In this document: piece by piece, positions 38,357 through 50,286 of the stretch
How the letters are laid out: every line of letters starts with the position of its first letter
Numbering within the stretch: the stretch's first letter is position 1
Assembly (NCBI RefSeq): GCF_044704955.1
Contig: NC_091993.1
Span: 112,406,001-112,470,000, forward strand
DNA: 64,000 nucleotides
Direction: 5' to 3'
Source: Pristiophorus japonicus
Lineage: Eukaryota
Translations under genes and position numbers: made by a program
Notes under the pieces: model-generated
Seen by the model: the letters and a program-made list of their open reading frames with translations, nothing else
The model's database searches: none
What the model was told of the DNA's origin: nothing

Positions 38357-39259
38357 GATGATCTGGACTTGGTCGTAGGGAGCACAATCTCAAAACTTCA
38401 TGATGACAAAAAAGCAGTGGGAATGACTGTAAAAGATTTAAGCGAGACAATTAGGTTAGTGGAATGAGCAGACAGGTGGTGGATGCAATGTAAATAAATG
38501 TGAAGTCATATATTTTAGGAGAATAAACAAGGTAAGAATATACAAAAGCCTGCAACGATATTGTTTACTTAATGTAGAAAAATATCCCAAGGTGTTTCAC
38601 AGAAGTGCAAGGGAAAAAATGAATGCCGAGACAAATAAGGAAATGGTCGGAGAGATGACCAATAGCATTGGTCAAAGAAATTAGTTTTACAGACAGTCTT
38701 AAAGAAGAGGGAGGTGGAAAGGAATTCCAGAATGTGCGGCCAACGGTGAGGCGAATGATCAAGACGCTGAAGTCCTCCGACGAACAGAGAGTACAAATGG
38801 GGGAGTTCAGGGATCTATGGACATGCACTCCATTGTATCGCTGGAGGAGTTTCTGCCAAACTTCCTCAAAGTTACCAACACACAGACACGCGCACAGAAT
38901 TGCTCACTCCCGCTTCTCTGGACTGGATTGACCTTTGTGAGGTAAAACTAAGTTAGATCCGGAATCAGGAATGCCATTTTTCCCACACTTGCTGGCAATT
39001 TGTAGGTTACATTACCACAATGAGAGATAACTATGATGCACAAATCCAGGCTTCAGTCACAAATCCAAACGGCAATGTAAACATTTCTGGTTGTGAAATT
39101 TTGCAGAATTTCTATCTGTTGCCAAAGGGAACCATTCGACATTGCCAGATTGATGGAGAACCAGCGGATCAATATCTCTCGCCTTGTGAGATTCCAACCG
39201 TTACATTGTTCCAATTTCAATGCAATGGAAAGCCTCGAGTTTCGGAATCTCTCCCTTAC

Positions 39260-39425
39260 CTGGAGTGACGACTGCTTCAGGAAATATGTTTCCAATTGTT
39301 GCTTTGATGACCTGATACCCAAATGAGGTGTCATCGTAAGAACTCATTGGAAGTGAGGGATGGTGCTCTAGAACTTCAATCTTCACTCGTTCATCAGAAA
39401 TAATGTACTGAACCTGATGCAGAAG
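39260..39425 (-). CDS. PM20D1: PM20D1 internal coding exon (equivalent to human exon 11), 166 bp
   Basis: tttccag|CTTCTG...ACTCCAG|gtaagg. It translates LLHQVQYIISDERVKIEVLEHHPSLPMSSYDDTSFGYQVIKATIGNIFPEAVVTP(G), similar to human IVADNRVQFHVLSAFDPLPVSPSDDKALGYQLLRQTVQSVFPE. It lies inside ORF 39201..39446. Confidence 0.93.
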
Positions 39426-39701
39426 CTGGAAAGTTAAATGAAACACAATTCAGAGCGGTAACTTTCATTGGCAACTGACGGAAAACATTTTGCGCGAATC
39501 TCTCTCAGATTTGTGTGATCCTCAACCTGTTGCATCATTCTAACAGTGGGGGTGAGCGTAGTGTGCTCGGGAGGATAAAGGTGACTTTGGACCTGTAGTT
39601 CCTAAAGCTCCCTGCCATTGGGAGGTTTCCTCCCTGCATGTCTGAGTCTGTTGTAGACTCATTGTTAGAGATTGATTGCTGTGATCAGTTAAGAGCTCCA
39701 T

Positions 39702-40402
39702 TATAGAATCATAGAAGTTAACAGCACGGAAGGAGGCCATTGCAGCCCATCATGTCCATGCCGGCCAACAAGAGGCTATCCAGCCTAATCCCACTTTCCA
39801 GCTCCCGGTCCGTAACCCTGCAGCTTACGGCACTTCAGCTGCACATCCAAGTACTTTTTAAATGTGATGAGGGTTTCTGCCTCTACCACCCTTTCAGGCA
39901 GTGAGTTCCAGGCCCCCACCACCCTCTGCATGAAGAAATTTCCCCTCAAATCCCCTCTAAACCTTCTACCAATTACTTTAAATTTATGATCACTGGTTAT
40001 TGACCTCTCTGCTAAGGGAAATAGGTCCTTTCTACCCACTATATCTAAGCCCCTTATAATTTTATACACCTCAATGAGGTCTCTCCTCAGCCTCCTCTGT
40101 TCCAATGAAAATAAACCCAGTCCATCTAATCTGTCCTCATAGCTTAGATTCTCCACTCCCGACAACATCTTGTAAATCTCCTCTGTACCCTCTCCAGTGC
40201 AATCACGTCCTTCCTGTAATGCGGTGACCAGAACAGCATGCAGTACTCCAGCTGTGGCCTAACCAGTGTTTTATACAGTTCAAGCTGTATACCCGGCTCT
40301 TGTATTCTATGCCTCGGCTAATAAAGGCAAGCATTCCGTGTGCCTTCTTAACCACCTTATCTACCTGGCCTGCTACCTTCAGGGATCTGTGGACCTGCAC
40401 TC
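39702..40402 (-). mobile_element. CR1 3' fragment
   Basis: ORF 39785..40168: LGLFSLEQRRLRRDLIEVYKI...WNSLPERVV. Confidence 0.9.
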
Positions 40403-41091
40403 CATTGTATCATGCAACTACCAAGGTAACAGAAGTTGGATGAACTTTATTCAGCTAGCAATTACTATGTTCCTATGCGTTGTGCATAGAAAGCTGCAGG
40501 TTAATGCTCTAACACAAACGTGAAGTGCTTGAGGAGAGGGTCACGAATCAATACAATCTCTTCATTGTGAGAAATGAGTTAAGGATGCTTTAGAAAATAA
40601 CAGGAGAGTAGTACTAGCATTTGGTTAATTAGAGGGCAAATAAAGCAGCTATCTGAATCTCATGGGCAGTTTGCTCACTGCGAGCTGTGGTGAATCACAA
40701 GTCAGTCCAGGTAATATCAGAACTCAGAAATGCAGTATGCTAACACTGGAGGTGTGATTTCTGTTAATGGAAAACAATTATATTTTCCTTCGTAAAGTAT
40801 TGATCTGCTTGCAAAAATACAGGCTCAGAAATTGCACATCTCAAAACTGCAGGCTCCTGCAATTTCATTATGGAGTCGTTAATTGCAAAATAGATGTTCT
40901 TCTGTTTTTCATTAATTGAATTCCACCCCTTGCTACTGACACATCCATTCAAGTCCATTTAGCTCATATTATTCCGTGCTGTACGTACAATATGCGGTGC
41001 ATCAGAGCACTGTGCATTCGTGCATAGAGTAGATGGTACTGCCCTCACCCCCTATTCTTTTATCCTTTCCACTCTCTTTCAACTGAAGACA

Positions 41092-41833
41092 GAGTAGAAA
41101 TTGCCCCCCGCCCGAAACGAGGCGCTCCCACCCCGTTTCGATGGTTTTTACTGCAGGTGCGGTCAGGTCACCTCTTGCGCAACATTCGGCTCTTGTTTTT
41201 TCTGGTTTTGATCCGGGAAGTTGGTCATAATAGGGGCGGTGACAACACCTGAGGGGCAAAAACACGGCGACAGCAACTGAGGGGCACGGCGGAGTCACCG
41301 CCGCGATGACATCATCACTTAAAAGGGGAGAGCCTCCGCACTTTTAAAACTTCGGCCCACTGGGCCATAGGGAGGGTTTCGGCCGGGCTAGTGGCCTGGC
41401 ACCCAAGAGGGGGATATTTGTCAGGTCGACATGGCAGTCGGCCGACAAAAAAACCCCACAGGGGCAGGGGCAGGGGCAGTGCACCCTCCCCTTTAAGGGA
41501 AGCCGGACCACCGGTGCAGAAGGCCACAGCCTCACTGGACCACCGGGAAAAAGCTTGTTTTGGCACCGCCGGGCGGGCCGAAGATTTTCCATGGGGAATA
41601 TCGCCGTTGGGTAGTTAGATCGGTGGTGCGCTCGGTGATGACACGCTAACCGCAATTCGGCAGCAGCGGAGCGGTAAGGGGGGGGCGGGGTCGGGGCACC
41701 GCCGGGAAAACTCGAAAGGGCAATTGGGCCACCAGCGGCCATTCCACAAAAAGTCGGCGGCCAATCCACTCCGCAGCATGGCCGCCAATTTGCGGCAGTA
41801 ACAGGCTTTAAGGAGAGGGGCAATTTCGGCCCC
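41092..41833. mobile_element. Non-autonomous DNA transposon (MITE, probably Harbinger-derived)
   Basis: Terminal inverted repeats GAGTAGAAATTGCCCC / GGGGCAATTTCGGCCCC around a GC/CpG-rich non-coding interior. Confidence 0.7.
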
Positions 41834-42503
41834 AGAAACTTGTGTCAGGGTATGGATGTTCAAATTCCTGCAGCATTGGGGTACCTCATGCAAGTGTCTG
41901 CTTTGTGTGCAAGCCCATGTAAGGGAGGGAGCATCCCAACTCCGACTGATCTACACACATCCAATCGGGATCACTGGATATTCATCAGGAGGGGGGAAAC
42001 CAATTTGTGCACAGCAAGGTCCCACAGACAGCAATGGGGTAAATGACCAGATAATCTGCTTTTTTGTTATGTTGATTGAGGGATAAATATTGGCCAGGAC
42101 ACCGGGGATAACTCCCCTACTCTTCTTCGAAATAGTGTCATGGGATCTTTTACGTCCACCAGAGAGCAGACGGGGCCTCGGTTTAATGTCTCATCCAAAA
42201 GATGGCACCTCCAACAGTGCAGCACTCCCTCAGCACTGCACTGGGAGTGTCAGCCTGGATTTTTGTGCTCAAGTCTCTGGAGAGGGACTTCAAACCACAA
42301 CCTTCTGACTCAGGCAAGAATTCTACCCACTGAGCCATGGATGACACTTAAATAATGATATTTGAATTTCTTTGCTACTACCATACGAAAGAAGTAGTAA
42401 TAACAAATCGGTAATTGTTCTGTTTGCTTGGTTGAAATAAAGGGAGCAAATCACTTTACATAGTTCCCATGTATAGTTGTGACTCAGTTAGGATTCAGGT
42501 TAC

Positions 42504-42575
42504 CTCTTCTAGCGTGTGGACTGGATGGAGCCGGAAATTCACCGTTGCTCTTGCCGAAGGAGCAATCACGTTTGC
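42504..42575 (-). CDS. PM20D1: PM20D1 internal coding exon (equivalent to human exon 10), 72 bp
   Basis: Minus strand reads ttcttctgttcag|GCAAAC...GAAGAG|gtaacc. It translates ANVIAPSARATVNFRLHPVHTLEE, matching the PM20D1 segment NVIPPVAQATVNFRIHPGQTVQE. Phase 0/0. Confidence 0.93.
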
Positions 42576-43090
42576 CTGAACAGAAGAAAAAAGAAAAATA
42601 ATTGAAAGAAGATGTAGACACGTTAAATCACCGACATCAACTCTTCCAGTGACCATTCACACAAGGTGTTGCAACCTGGCGACCTGCAAAACAGGATGCA
42701 TTCCAAACCTGCAGCTATTCTGGATCACAATCGATGAGGCAGAGCAAGCGGCGGAAATCAACATCATCCCTGGAGTCGATGGGGGGGAAATACCGTTTGG
42801 GCAAGAATGCAAAACTGGGGGGAATTGCATCTGCGGCCAGTTACACACTCCGCCCGATTCCACTGAAGTCAAACTCCATATCCAGCGGAGCGTGTGATGG
42901 GTGACGGATACATTTTTGGGAACTAAGGGAATCAAAGGATATGGGGACAGTGCGGGAAGGTGGAGTTGAGGTAGAAGATCAGCCATGATCTTATTGAATG
43001 GCAGAGCAGGTTCGAAGGGCCGAATGGCCTACTCCTGATCCTATTTCTTAAGTTCTTATGTTGATGTGATGTGATGCCGCCCGTTTTGCC

Positions 43091-46000
43091 TCCCTGACCA
43101 GGTCGAGTTTCATAGAAACATAGAAACATAGAAAATAGGTGCAGGAGTAGGCCATTCGGCCCTTCTAGCCTGCATCGCCATTCAATGAGTTCATGGCTGA
43201 ACATGCAACTTCAGTATCCCATTCCTGCTTTCTCGCCATACCCCTTGATCCCCCTAGTAGTAAGGACCTCATCTAACTCCTTTTTGAATATATTTAGTGA
43301 ATTGGCCTCAACAACTTTCTGTGGTAGAGAATTCCACAGGTTCACCACTCTCTCGGTCCTAAATGGCTTACCCCTTATCCTTAGACTGTGACCCCTGGTT
43401 CTGGACTTCCCCAACATTGGGAACATTCTTCCTGCATCTAACCTGTCTAAACCCATCAGAATTTTAAACGTTTCTATGAGGTTCTCTCTCATTCTTCTGA
43501 ACTCCAGTGAATACAAGCCCAGTTGATCCAGTCTTTCTTGATAGGTCAGTCCCGCCATCCCAGGAATCAGTCTGGTGAACCTTCGCTGCACTCCCTCAAT
43601 AGCAAGAATGTCCTTCCTCAGGTTAGGAGACCAAAACTGTACACAATACTCCAGGTGTGGCCTCACCAATGCCCTGTACAACTGTAGCAACACCTCCCTG
43701 CCCCTGTACTCAAATCCCCTCGCTATGAAGGCCAACATGCCATTTGCTTTCTTAACCGCCTGCTGTACCTACATGCCAACCTTCAATGACTGATGTACCA
43801 TGACACCCAGGTCTAGTTGCACCTCCCCTTTTCCTAATCTGTCACCATTCAGATAATAGTCTGTCTCTCTGTTTTTACCACCAAAGTGGATAACCACACA
43901 TTTATCCACATTATACTTCATCTGCCATGCATTTGCCCACTCACCTAACCTATCCAAGTCACTCTGCAGCCTCATAGCATCCTCCTCGCAGCTCACACTG
44001 CCACCCAACTTAGTGTCATCCGCAAATTTGGAGATACTACATTTAATCCCCTCGTCTAAATCATTAATGTACAGTGTAAACAGCAGGGGCCCCAGCACAG
44101 AACCTTGCGGTACCCCACTAGTCACTGCCTGCCATTCTTAAAAGTCCCCATTTACTCCTACTCTTTGCTTCCTGTCTGACAACCAGTTCTCAATCCATGT
44201 CAGCACACTACCCCCAATCTCATGTGCTTTAACTTTGCACATTAATCTCTTGTGTGGGACCTTGTCGAAAGCCTTCTGAAAGTCCAAATATACCACATCA
44301 ACTGGTTCTCCCTTGTCCACTCTACTGGAAACATTCTCAAAAAATTCCAGAAGATTTGTCAAGCATGATTTCCCTTTCACAAATCCCTGCTGACTTGGAC
44401 CTATCATGTCACCTCTTTCCAAATGCGCTGCTATGACATCCTTAATAATTGATTCCATCATTTTACCCACTACCGATGTCAGGCTGACCGGTCTATAATT
44501 CCCTGTTTTCTCTCTCCCTCCTTTTTTAAAAAGTGGGGTTACATTAGCTACCCTCCACTCGATAAGAACTGATCCAGAGTCAATGGAATGTTGGAAAATG
44601 ACTGTCAATGCATCTGCTATTTCCAAGGCCACCTCCTTAAGTACTCTGGGATGCAGTCCATCAGGCCCTGGGGATTTATCGGCCTTCAATCCCATCAATT
44701 TCCCCGACACAATTTCCCGACTAATACGGATTTCCCTCAGTTCCTCCTCCTTACTAGACCCTCTGACCCCTTTTATATCCGGAAGGTTGTTTGTGTCCTC
44801 CTTAGTGAATACCGAACCAAAGTACTTGTTCAATTGGTCTGCCATTTCTTTGTTCCCCGTTATGACTTCCCCTGAATCTGACTGCAGGGGACCTATGTTT
44901 GTCTTTACTAACCTTTTTCTCTTTACATATCTATAGAAACTTTTGCAATCCGTCTTAATGTTCCCTGCAAGCTTCTTCTCGTACTCCATTTTCCCTGCCC
45001 TAATCAAACCCTTTGTCCTCCTCTGCTGAGTTCTAAATTTCTCCCAGTCCCCGGGTTCGCTGCTATTTCTGGCCAATTTGTATGCCACTTCCTTGGCTTT
45101 AATACTATCCCTGATTTCCCTTGATAGCCACAGTTGAGCCACCTTCCCTTTTTTATTTTTACGTCAGACAGGAATGTACAATTGTTGTAGTTCATCCATG
45201 CGGTCTCTAAATGTCTGCCATTGCCCATCCACAGTCAACCCCTTATGTATCATTCGCCAATCTATCCTAGCCAATTCACGCCTCATACCTTCAAAGTTAC
45301 CCTTCTTTAAGTTCTGGACCATGGTCTCTGAATTAACTGTTTCATTCTCCATCCTAATGCAGAATTCCACCATATTATGGTCACTCTTCCCCAAGGGGCC
45401 TCGTACAATGAGATTGCTAATTAATCCTCTCTCATTACACAACACCCAGTCTAAGATGGCCTCCCCCCTAGTTGGTTCCTCGACATATTGGTCTAGAAAA
45501 TCATCCCTTATGCACTCCAGGAAATCCTCCTCCACCGTATTGCTTCCAGTTTGGTTAGCCCAATCTATGTGCATATTAAAGTCACCCATTCTAACTGCTG
45601 CACCTTTATTGCATGCACCCCTAATTTCCTGTTTGATGCCCTCCCCAACATCACTACTACTGTTTGGAGGTCTGTACACAACTCCCACTAACGTTTTTGC
45701 CCTTTGGTGTTCTGCAGCTCTACCCATATAGATTCCACATCATCCAAGCTATTGCATTAATCTCCTCCTTAACGAGCAATGCTACCCCACCTCCTTTTCC
45801 TTTTATTCTATCCTTCCTGAATGTTGAATACCCCTGGATGTTGAGTTCCCAGCCCTGATCATCCTGGAGCCACGTCTCTGTAATCCCAATCACATCATAT
45901 TTGTTAACATCTATTTGCACAGTTAATTCATCCACCTTATTACAGATACTCCTTGCATTAAGACACAAAGCCTTCAGGCTTGTTTTTTTAACACCCTTTG

Positions 46001-46320
46001 TCCTTTTAGAATTTTGCTGTACAGTGGCCCTTTTTGTTCTTTGCCTTGGGTTTCTCTGCCCTCCACTTTTCCTCATCTCCTTTCTGTCTTTTGCTTTTGC
46101 CTCCTTTTTGTTTCCCTCTGTCTCCCTGCATTGGTTCCCATCCCCCTGCCATATTAGTTTAACTCCTCCCCAACAGCACTAGCAAACACTCTCCCGAGGA
46201 CATTGGTTCCGGTCCTGCCCAGGTGCAGACCGTCCGGTTTGTACTGGTCCCACCTCCCCCAGAACCAGTTCCAATGCCCCAGGAATTTGAATCCCTCCCT
46301 GCTGCACCACTGCTCAAGTC
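43091..46320 (-). mobile_element. CR1 LINE, 5'-truncated: end of ORF1 plus near-complete but broken ORF2 (APE endonuclease and RT)
   Basis: ORFs carry CLNARSI/ITETW, GDFN, SDHN, NYRPVSLTS, YLDFQKAFDKVPH, GVPQGSVLGP and FADDTK. An SGNH-esterase-like ORF1 end (DGLHL) lies near 46220. The (CATAGAAA)n tail is at 43091-43113. Confidence 0.95.
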
Positions 46321-46849
46321 ATGTATTCATCCCTAAAGAATTTCCCCAGCACTCGAATTCGGTTTATCTACTATAATTATGTGCCAAGTTCCGAGGAGGG
46401 ACAGGGAATAGGATCAAGGCTTGAAGAGCGTTTCTTTTGGGGACCAGAGTCAAAATCCAGATTGTCCGGTTCAAATTCGAGTGGCTTGGGACACGGGCTG
46501 ATTTCCTTCTGTTCCCACCTCGATGCCGCTGACGGAGAAGGGTGGGGGCGGTAGCAGGGTTGTGGTGTGGGAAGGACTGGCTGCGAGGCACGAGATGGTC
46601 AACTCTCCTTTTTCCAACCCTTTGAATACCCGCGCTATGGCCGCTAGCTTCATTCCGAGCCCGTTCAAAATTCAGTGCAGGAAGATTCCGTGAGCTTCCA
46701 CCCAGGAGTTGAGGACTCTCTCTGGAGATACTGCTGCGCACTCACCCTTCCTGCGCAAGTGTCCCGAACTGGAAAGATGGGTCGGGGTCATAATGAAGTC
46801 CTACCTCAGGTCCCGTACCTACCTCGGCGCAGATAAGGCAAAAGTCATC

Positions 46850-47120
46850 GACTTAAAGCCATTTGCAAAAGATCTAGAGGGGAGATGAGGAGCAACGTTT
46901 TCGCTCGGAGTTGTCGGGATCTGGAAAACTCTGCCTGAAAAGATGTTGGAAGCCGATTCCAGCAATAATTTCAAAAGGGAGCTGGACGGGGACTGGAGGA
47001 TGAGAAACTTACAAAAAGTGGGGGTGTGGGACCAAGCAGGACTGCTCTTTCAAAGAGCCGGGGCAAGCTCAACGGGCCGTATGACCTCCTTCTGTGCTGT
47101 AGGTTTCTATGATTCTATGA
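46850..47120 (+). mobile_element. CR1 3' fragment
   Basis: RVVGIWKTLPEK...FKRELD with a TTCTATGA tail. Confidence 0.8.
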
Positions 47121-47324
47121 TATTCTAAATCCCCTCCCTAAAAGTTTCATAATCATTCAATTTGATGTTGATCAAAAGCTGCAGTACCACTATGTTCCTG
47201 TTGGCGGGGCTGCTGAGCTATTAGAAGTCACTGGGTCTTAAATTATTAGCATCTGAAACTTGTATTTATACAGCGTCTTTAGCATAGTAAAACGTCCCAA
47301 GGCGCGCCACAGATGTGTTATAAG

Positions 47325-48056
47325 ACGGCAAGCGATCCCCAGGTGGGCAGAGGAAACGTTTCAAGGACACCCACATCGCTCCTTGATAAAGTGCAACATC
47401 CCCACTGACACCTGGGAGTCCCTGGCCAAAGACCACCCTAAGTGGAGGAAGAGCATCCGGGAGGGCGCTGAGCACCTCGAGTCTCGTCGCCGAGAGCATG
47501 CAGAAAATTTGGCTAAGATCATGCGTAACTGACCTGACAGGGGAGTAACCACCATGACCCCAAAGTGGTTCTCCCTGGATCAGGAAGGTATATGCTTGCT
47601 TTTTGGAAATAGGAGGTGGGTGGGGTGGCTTGACCCATCCACCTCCACGGAGGTGTGTGGGGGGGCCTGACCCATCCACCTCCATGGCACGAACCTGGTA
47701 TTGCAGTACTTCCAGGAACGGTACTTCCAGGAACGGTGCAGTGGCTCTAGGCCTTTTGGCTAAGAGCATTGGCGCAGAGTGATCCTTGATGTGTGCAAGG
47801 TGACCTCTGGCGTTTGTGATGTGACAAAGAATTGGAACGATTGGCTACGAATTTAAAAAAAAATGCAGAAAACAAGCGCAGGCAGCGGAAAGAGTGTGCG
47901 GCAAACCAGTCCCACCCGCTCTTTCCCTCAACCACTGTCTGTCCCACCTGTGACAGAGACTGTAATTCCCGTATTGGACTGTTCAGCCACCTGAGAACGC
48001 ACTTTGAGAGTGGAAGCAAGTCTTCCTAGATTTTGAGGGACTGCCTATGATGATGA
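47325..48056 (+). mobile_element. RTE-clade LINE 3' end, interrupted by the U1/U2 mosaic element
   Basis: KCNIPTDTWESLAKDHPKWRKSIREGAEHLESRRREHAEN resumes after the insertion as ENKRRQRKEC...CPTCDRDCNSRIGLFSHLRTH. It ends in a (TGA)n tail. Confidence 0.92.
47508..47862 (+). mobile_element. U1/U2 snRNA-derived mosaic retroposon (SINEU-like)
   Basis: Flanked by the TSD ATGCAGAAAA (47498-47507 and 47863-47872), with an A-tail at 47855-47862. Contains TTTGGCTAAGATCA (U2 nt 16-29), a U1 5'-like ACTGACCTGACAGGGGAG...GTGGTTCTCCC, U2 3'-like ACCTGGTATTGCAGTACTTCCAGGAACGG and GGCCTTTTGGCTAAGA. Confidence 0.85.
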
Positions 48057-48057
48057 C

Positions 48058-50286
48058 TCACTTTCCTTGTGAGCACTCTCTAGTTTGGGATCCTGGCTGG
48101 TCCAGGTCCCGTTCGGAGGAGCCGCTGTGGGTGACCTTTCGCTCTTGAGCATTGCCGTGGTGGCGAGTGGGTTTGTGGGCTACGCCTTTTCCACCCGGGT
48201 GGTGGCGAGCATAGGCCCAGTTTACTGTTTCTGGCCCGTGGCGGTTCATGCCTGCGAGGTTAATCTGATCCGAGGCAGGGTATCGCTACCGGTGCCTCTG
48301 CTCTCTGGGGATCGTTTACTCTGCGGCTTGTCTACTTCTGTCAGCTGTGGGGACACTTTATGATGCATCGTTCTGGTCCCGGGGATGCAGGCTACAGCAT
48401 TGGGTAGCCCGCTGGACCTGTATACGACCGTTAGGTGCTCGCCTGCTACATTGGCTGATTGCAATTTGCACCCGACATCGCGCAACACCATTTTGCTCGT
48501 TGCAGCTGGACTTTTACATTGGTTACCAATTTCAAGCAGTTCATTCAAAAATGGTGGATGGCTGGCCTCCTTTAAAATGGCCTTACTATTTTTACCCCAA
48601 TCATCTTTCTTGCGTGGAACCACGTGTCGTTGCTCCATTAGCGCTGCACCTCATAGTTTGGACGCCATCTTTTCCCTGTCCATGATGTCAACTGCCGTGA
48701 TCTTCTTTCCCAGGGGATTCTGCCACTAAAACTGGGAAGGTGCATTCGGGTCGTCGTGATGAGCAGTCTGTGCCTCGGGTGTTGCGCGGATCTGCCTGGT
48801 CCAACCGAAGGTGGGGGCTTGCTCTGCCCCGGAGCACGGGGAATGTCGTTTGTTGGAGGGATGAATCTTCCCCATCCATCTTCTTCCAAGTAGCATTGAT
48901 CCATCACCTGAAACAATCCACAATGGTAAATTGTGCACCGCGCCATCATGGGATACACTTACATCCGCACTACCAACAACTGATATCAGTTCCTTGGTGT
49001 AGGTGCGCAGCTTTGCCGGAACCGGGACCAGCTTGGGTCGTTCATCTTGATCATTCCATAGCCTCTCAAAGGTTTCCTGGCTCATTACTGGCCCCCGCGT
49101 CCACGTCCATGAAGACTGGAACGCCATTTATCTTGACTTCCATTATCACTGGAAGACAATCTGTGGTGCAGGTAGATACTCCATACATTTCGCCCTGGGA
49201 CTGAGTTGCCTCGCTAGCCATCTCCTCGTAATCCGCGCTGGATTCACAGCCATCTGCTGACTTCTCTTCCACATGGTGAGTCACAGCTCTTTTGCACATT
49301 CGCTGGGGCTGGCCCTTTGTGCTGCAGCCTTTGCACACATAGTCTCTGAACCGACACTGATGAGCCCTGTGATTACCTCTGCAACGCCAGCATGGTGCTA
49401 CTCGACTTACTTTTGCACCCCTTGGCTGACTCTGAGTTAAAGGACTCGGGGGTCTGTACGCTCTGCCCTGGGCAGATTCAGGTTCAACAGTTCTGCCTGT
49501 GAAAGGCGCCATTCTATTTACAGTACTTTCCGGGTTTGAGTCCCGAGAGTGAATCATCATCTGCTTGGAGCTGCAGCTTGAGGTCATGAACGCCTGGCTG
49601 ATGCTGATGGCTTTCTGCAAGGTGACGGTGGTTTCGGCAGACAGTAGCCTGTGAAGAAGGGCCTCATGACTGATGCCAATTATGAAGAAGTCCCGCAACA
49701 CATTGGCGAGGGATGCACCGAATTCACATGGTCCTGCCAACCTCCTGAGGTCGGCAGCGTACATCTGGCCCTCGGGGGGGCGGTGTGTATAAAATCGATG
49801 CCTGGCCGTGAGGATGCTCTCCTTCGGTTTGAGTTGGTCCTGAATTGGCACTTTCAGCTCCTCGATTAACTTGGTCGTTGTTGTCTCTGGTGCAAGCAAG
49901 TCCCTGACGAGGCCGTAGACCGCGGGCCCACAACTTGTCAACAGGATAGCTCTGCGCTTATCTGCCAGCGTGGCCAGATCATCGCCTACCAGGTCGTTTG
50001 CTAAGAAATTTTGGTCGAGCCGCTCCGGAAAGGCTTCCCAATCTTCACCCTGAGAACTTTTCTAATGCACCAATGTTAGTCATTTTTACGTGAAAGTTTG
50101 TAATCTCGTCGCCAGTTGTTATGTCTTTAATACTATTATAAATAACTCCACGAGCTTGGTGGGCAGCCTGTTATGCTGGTCCCTGCACACCTATGCAGGT
50201 GATCCTCAAGTCTCCCACCACAGTGCCCTCTGGCGGCACATCTTATGTGACTATACAGTTAGTATACATGGTCTACATACATGACA
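48058..50286 (-). mobile_element. Truncated Gypsy LTR retrotransposon (5' LTR, PBS, gag, protease)
   Basis: LTR TG...CA at 50286-50117. PBS TGGCGACGAG at 50114-50105 is complementary to a tRNA-Ser 3' end. gag ORF 49066..49941 has the knuckle CWRCRGNHRAHQC, and the protease reads VKINGVPVFMDVDAGAS. No RT, integrase or 3' LTR is visible. Confidence 0.9.

Noticed and set aside
47508-47862. Functional U1 or U2 snRNA gene
   Set aside because: The modules are fragmented and shuffled, the U2 branch-point recognition sequence GUAGUA is absent, the Sm site is altered, and a TSD plus A-tail indicate retroposition.
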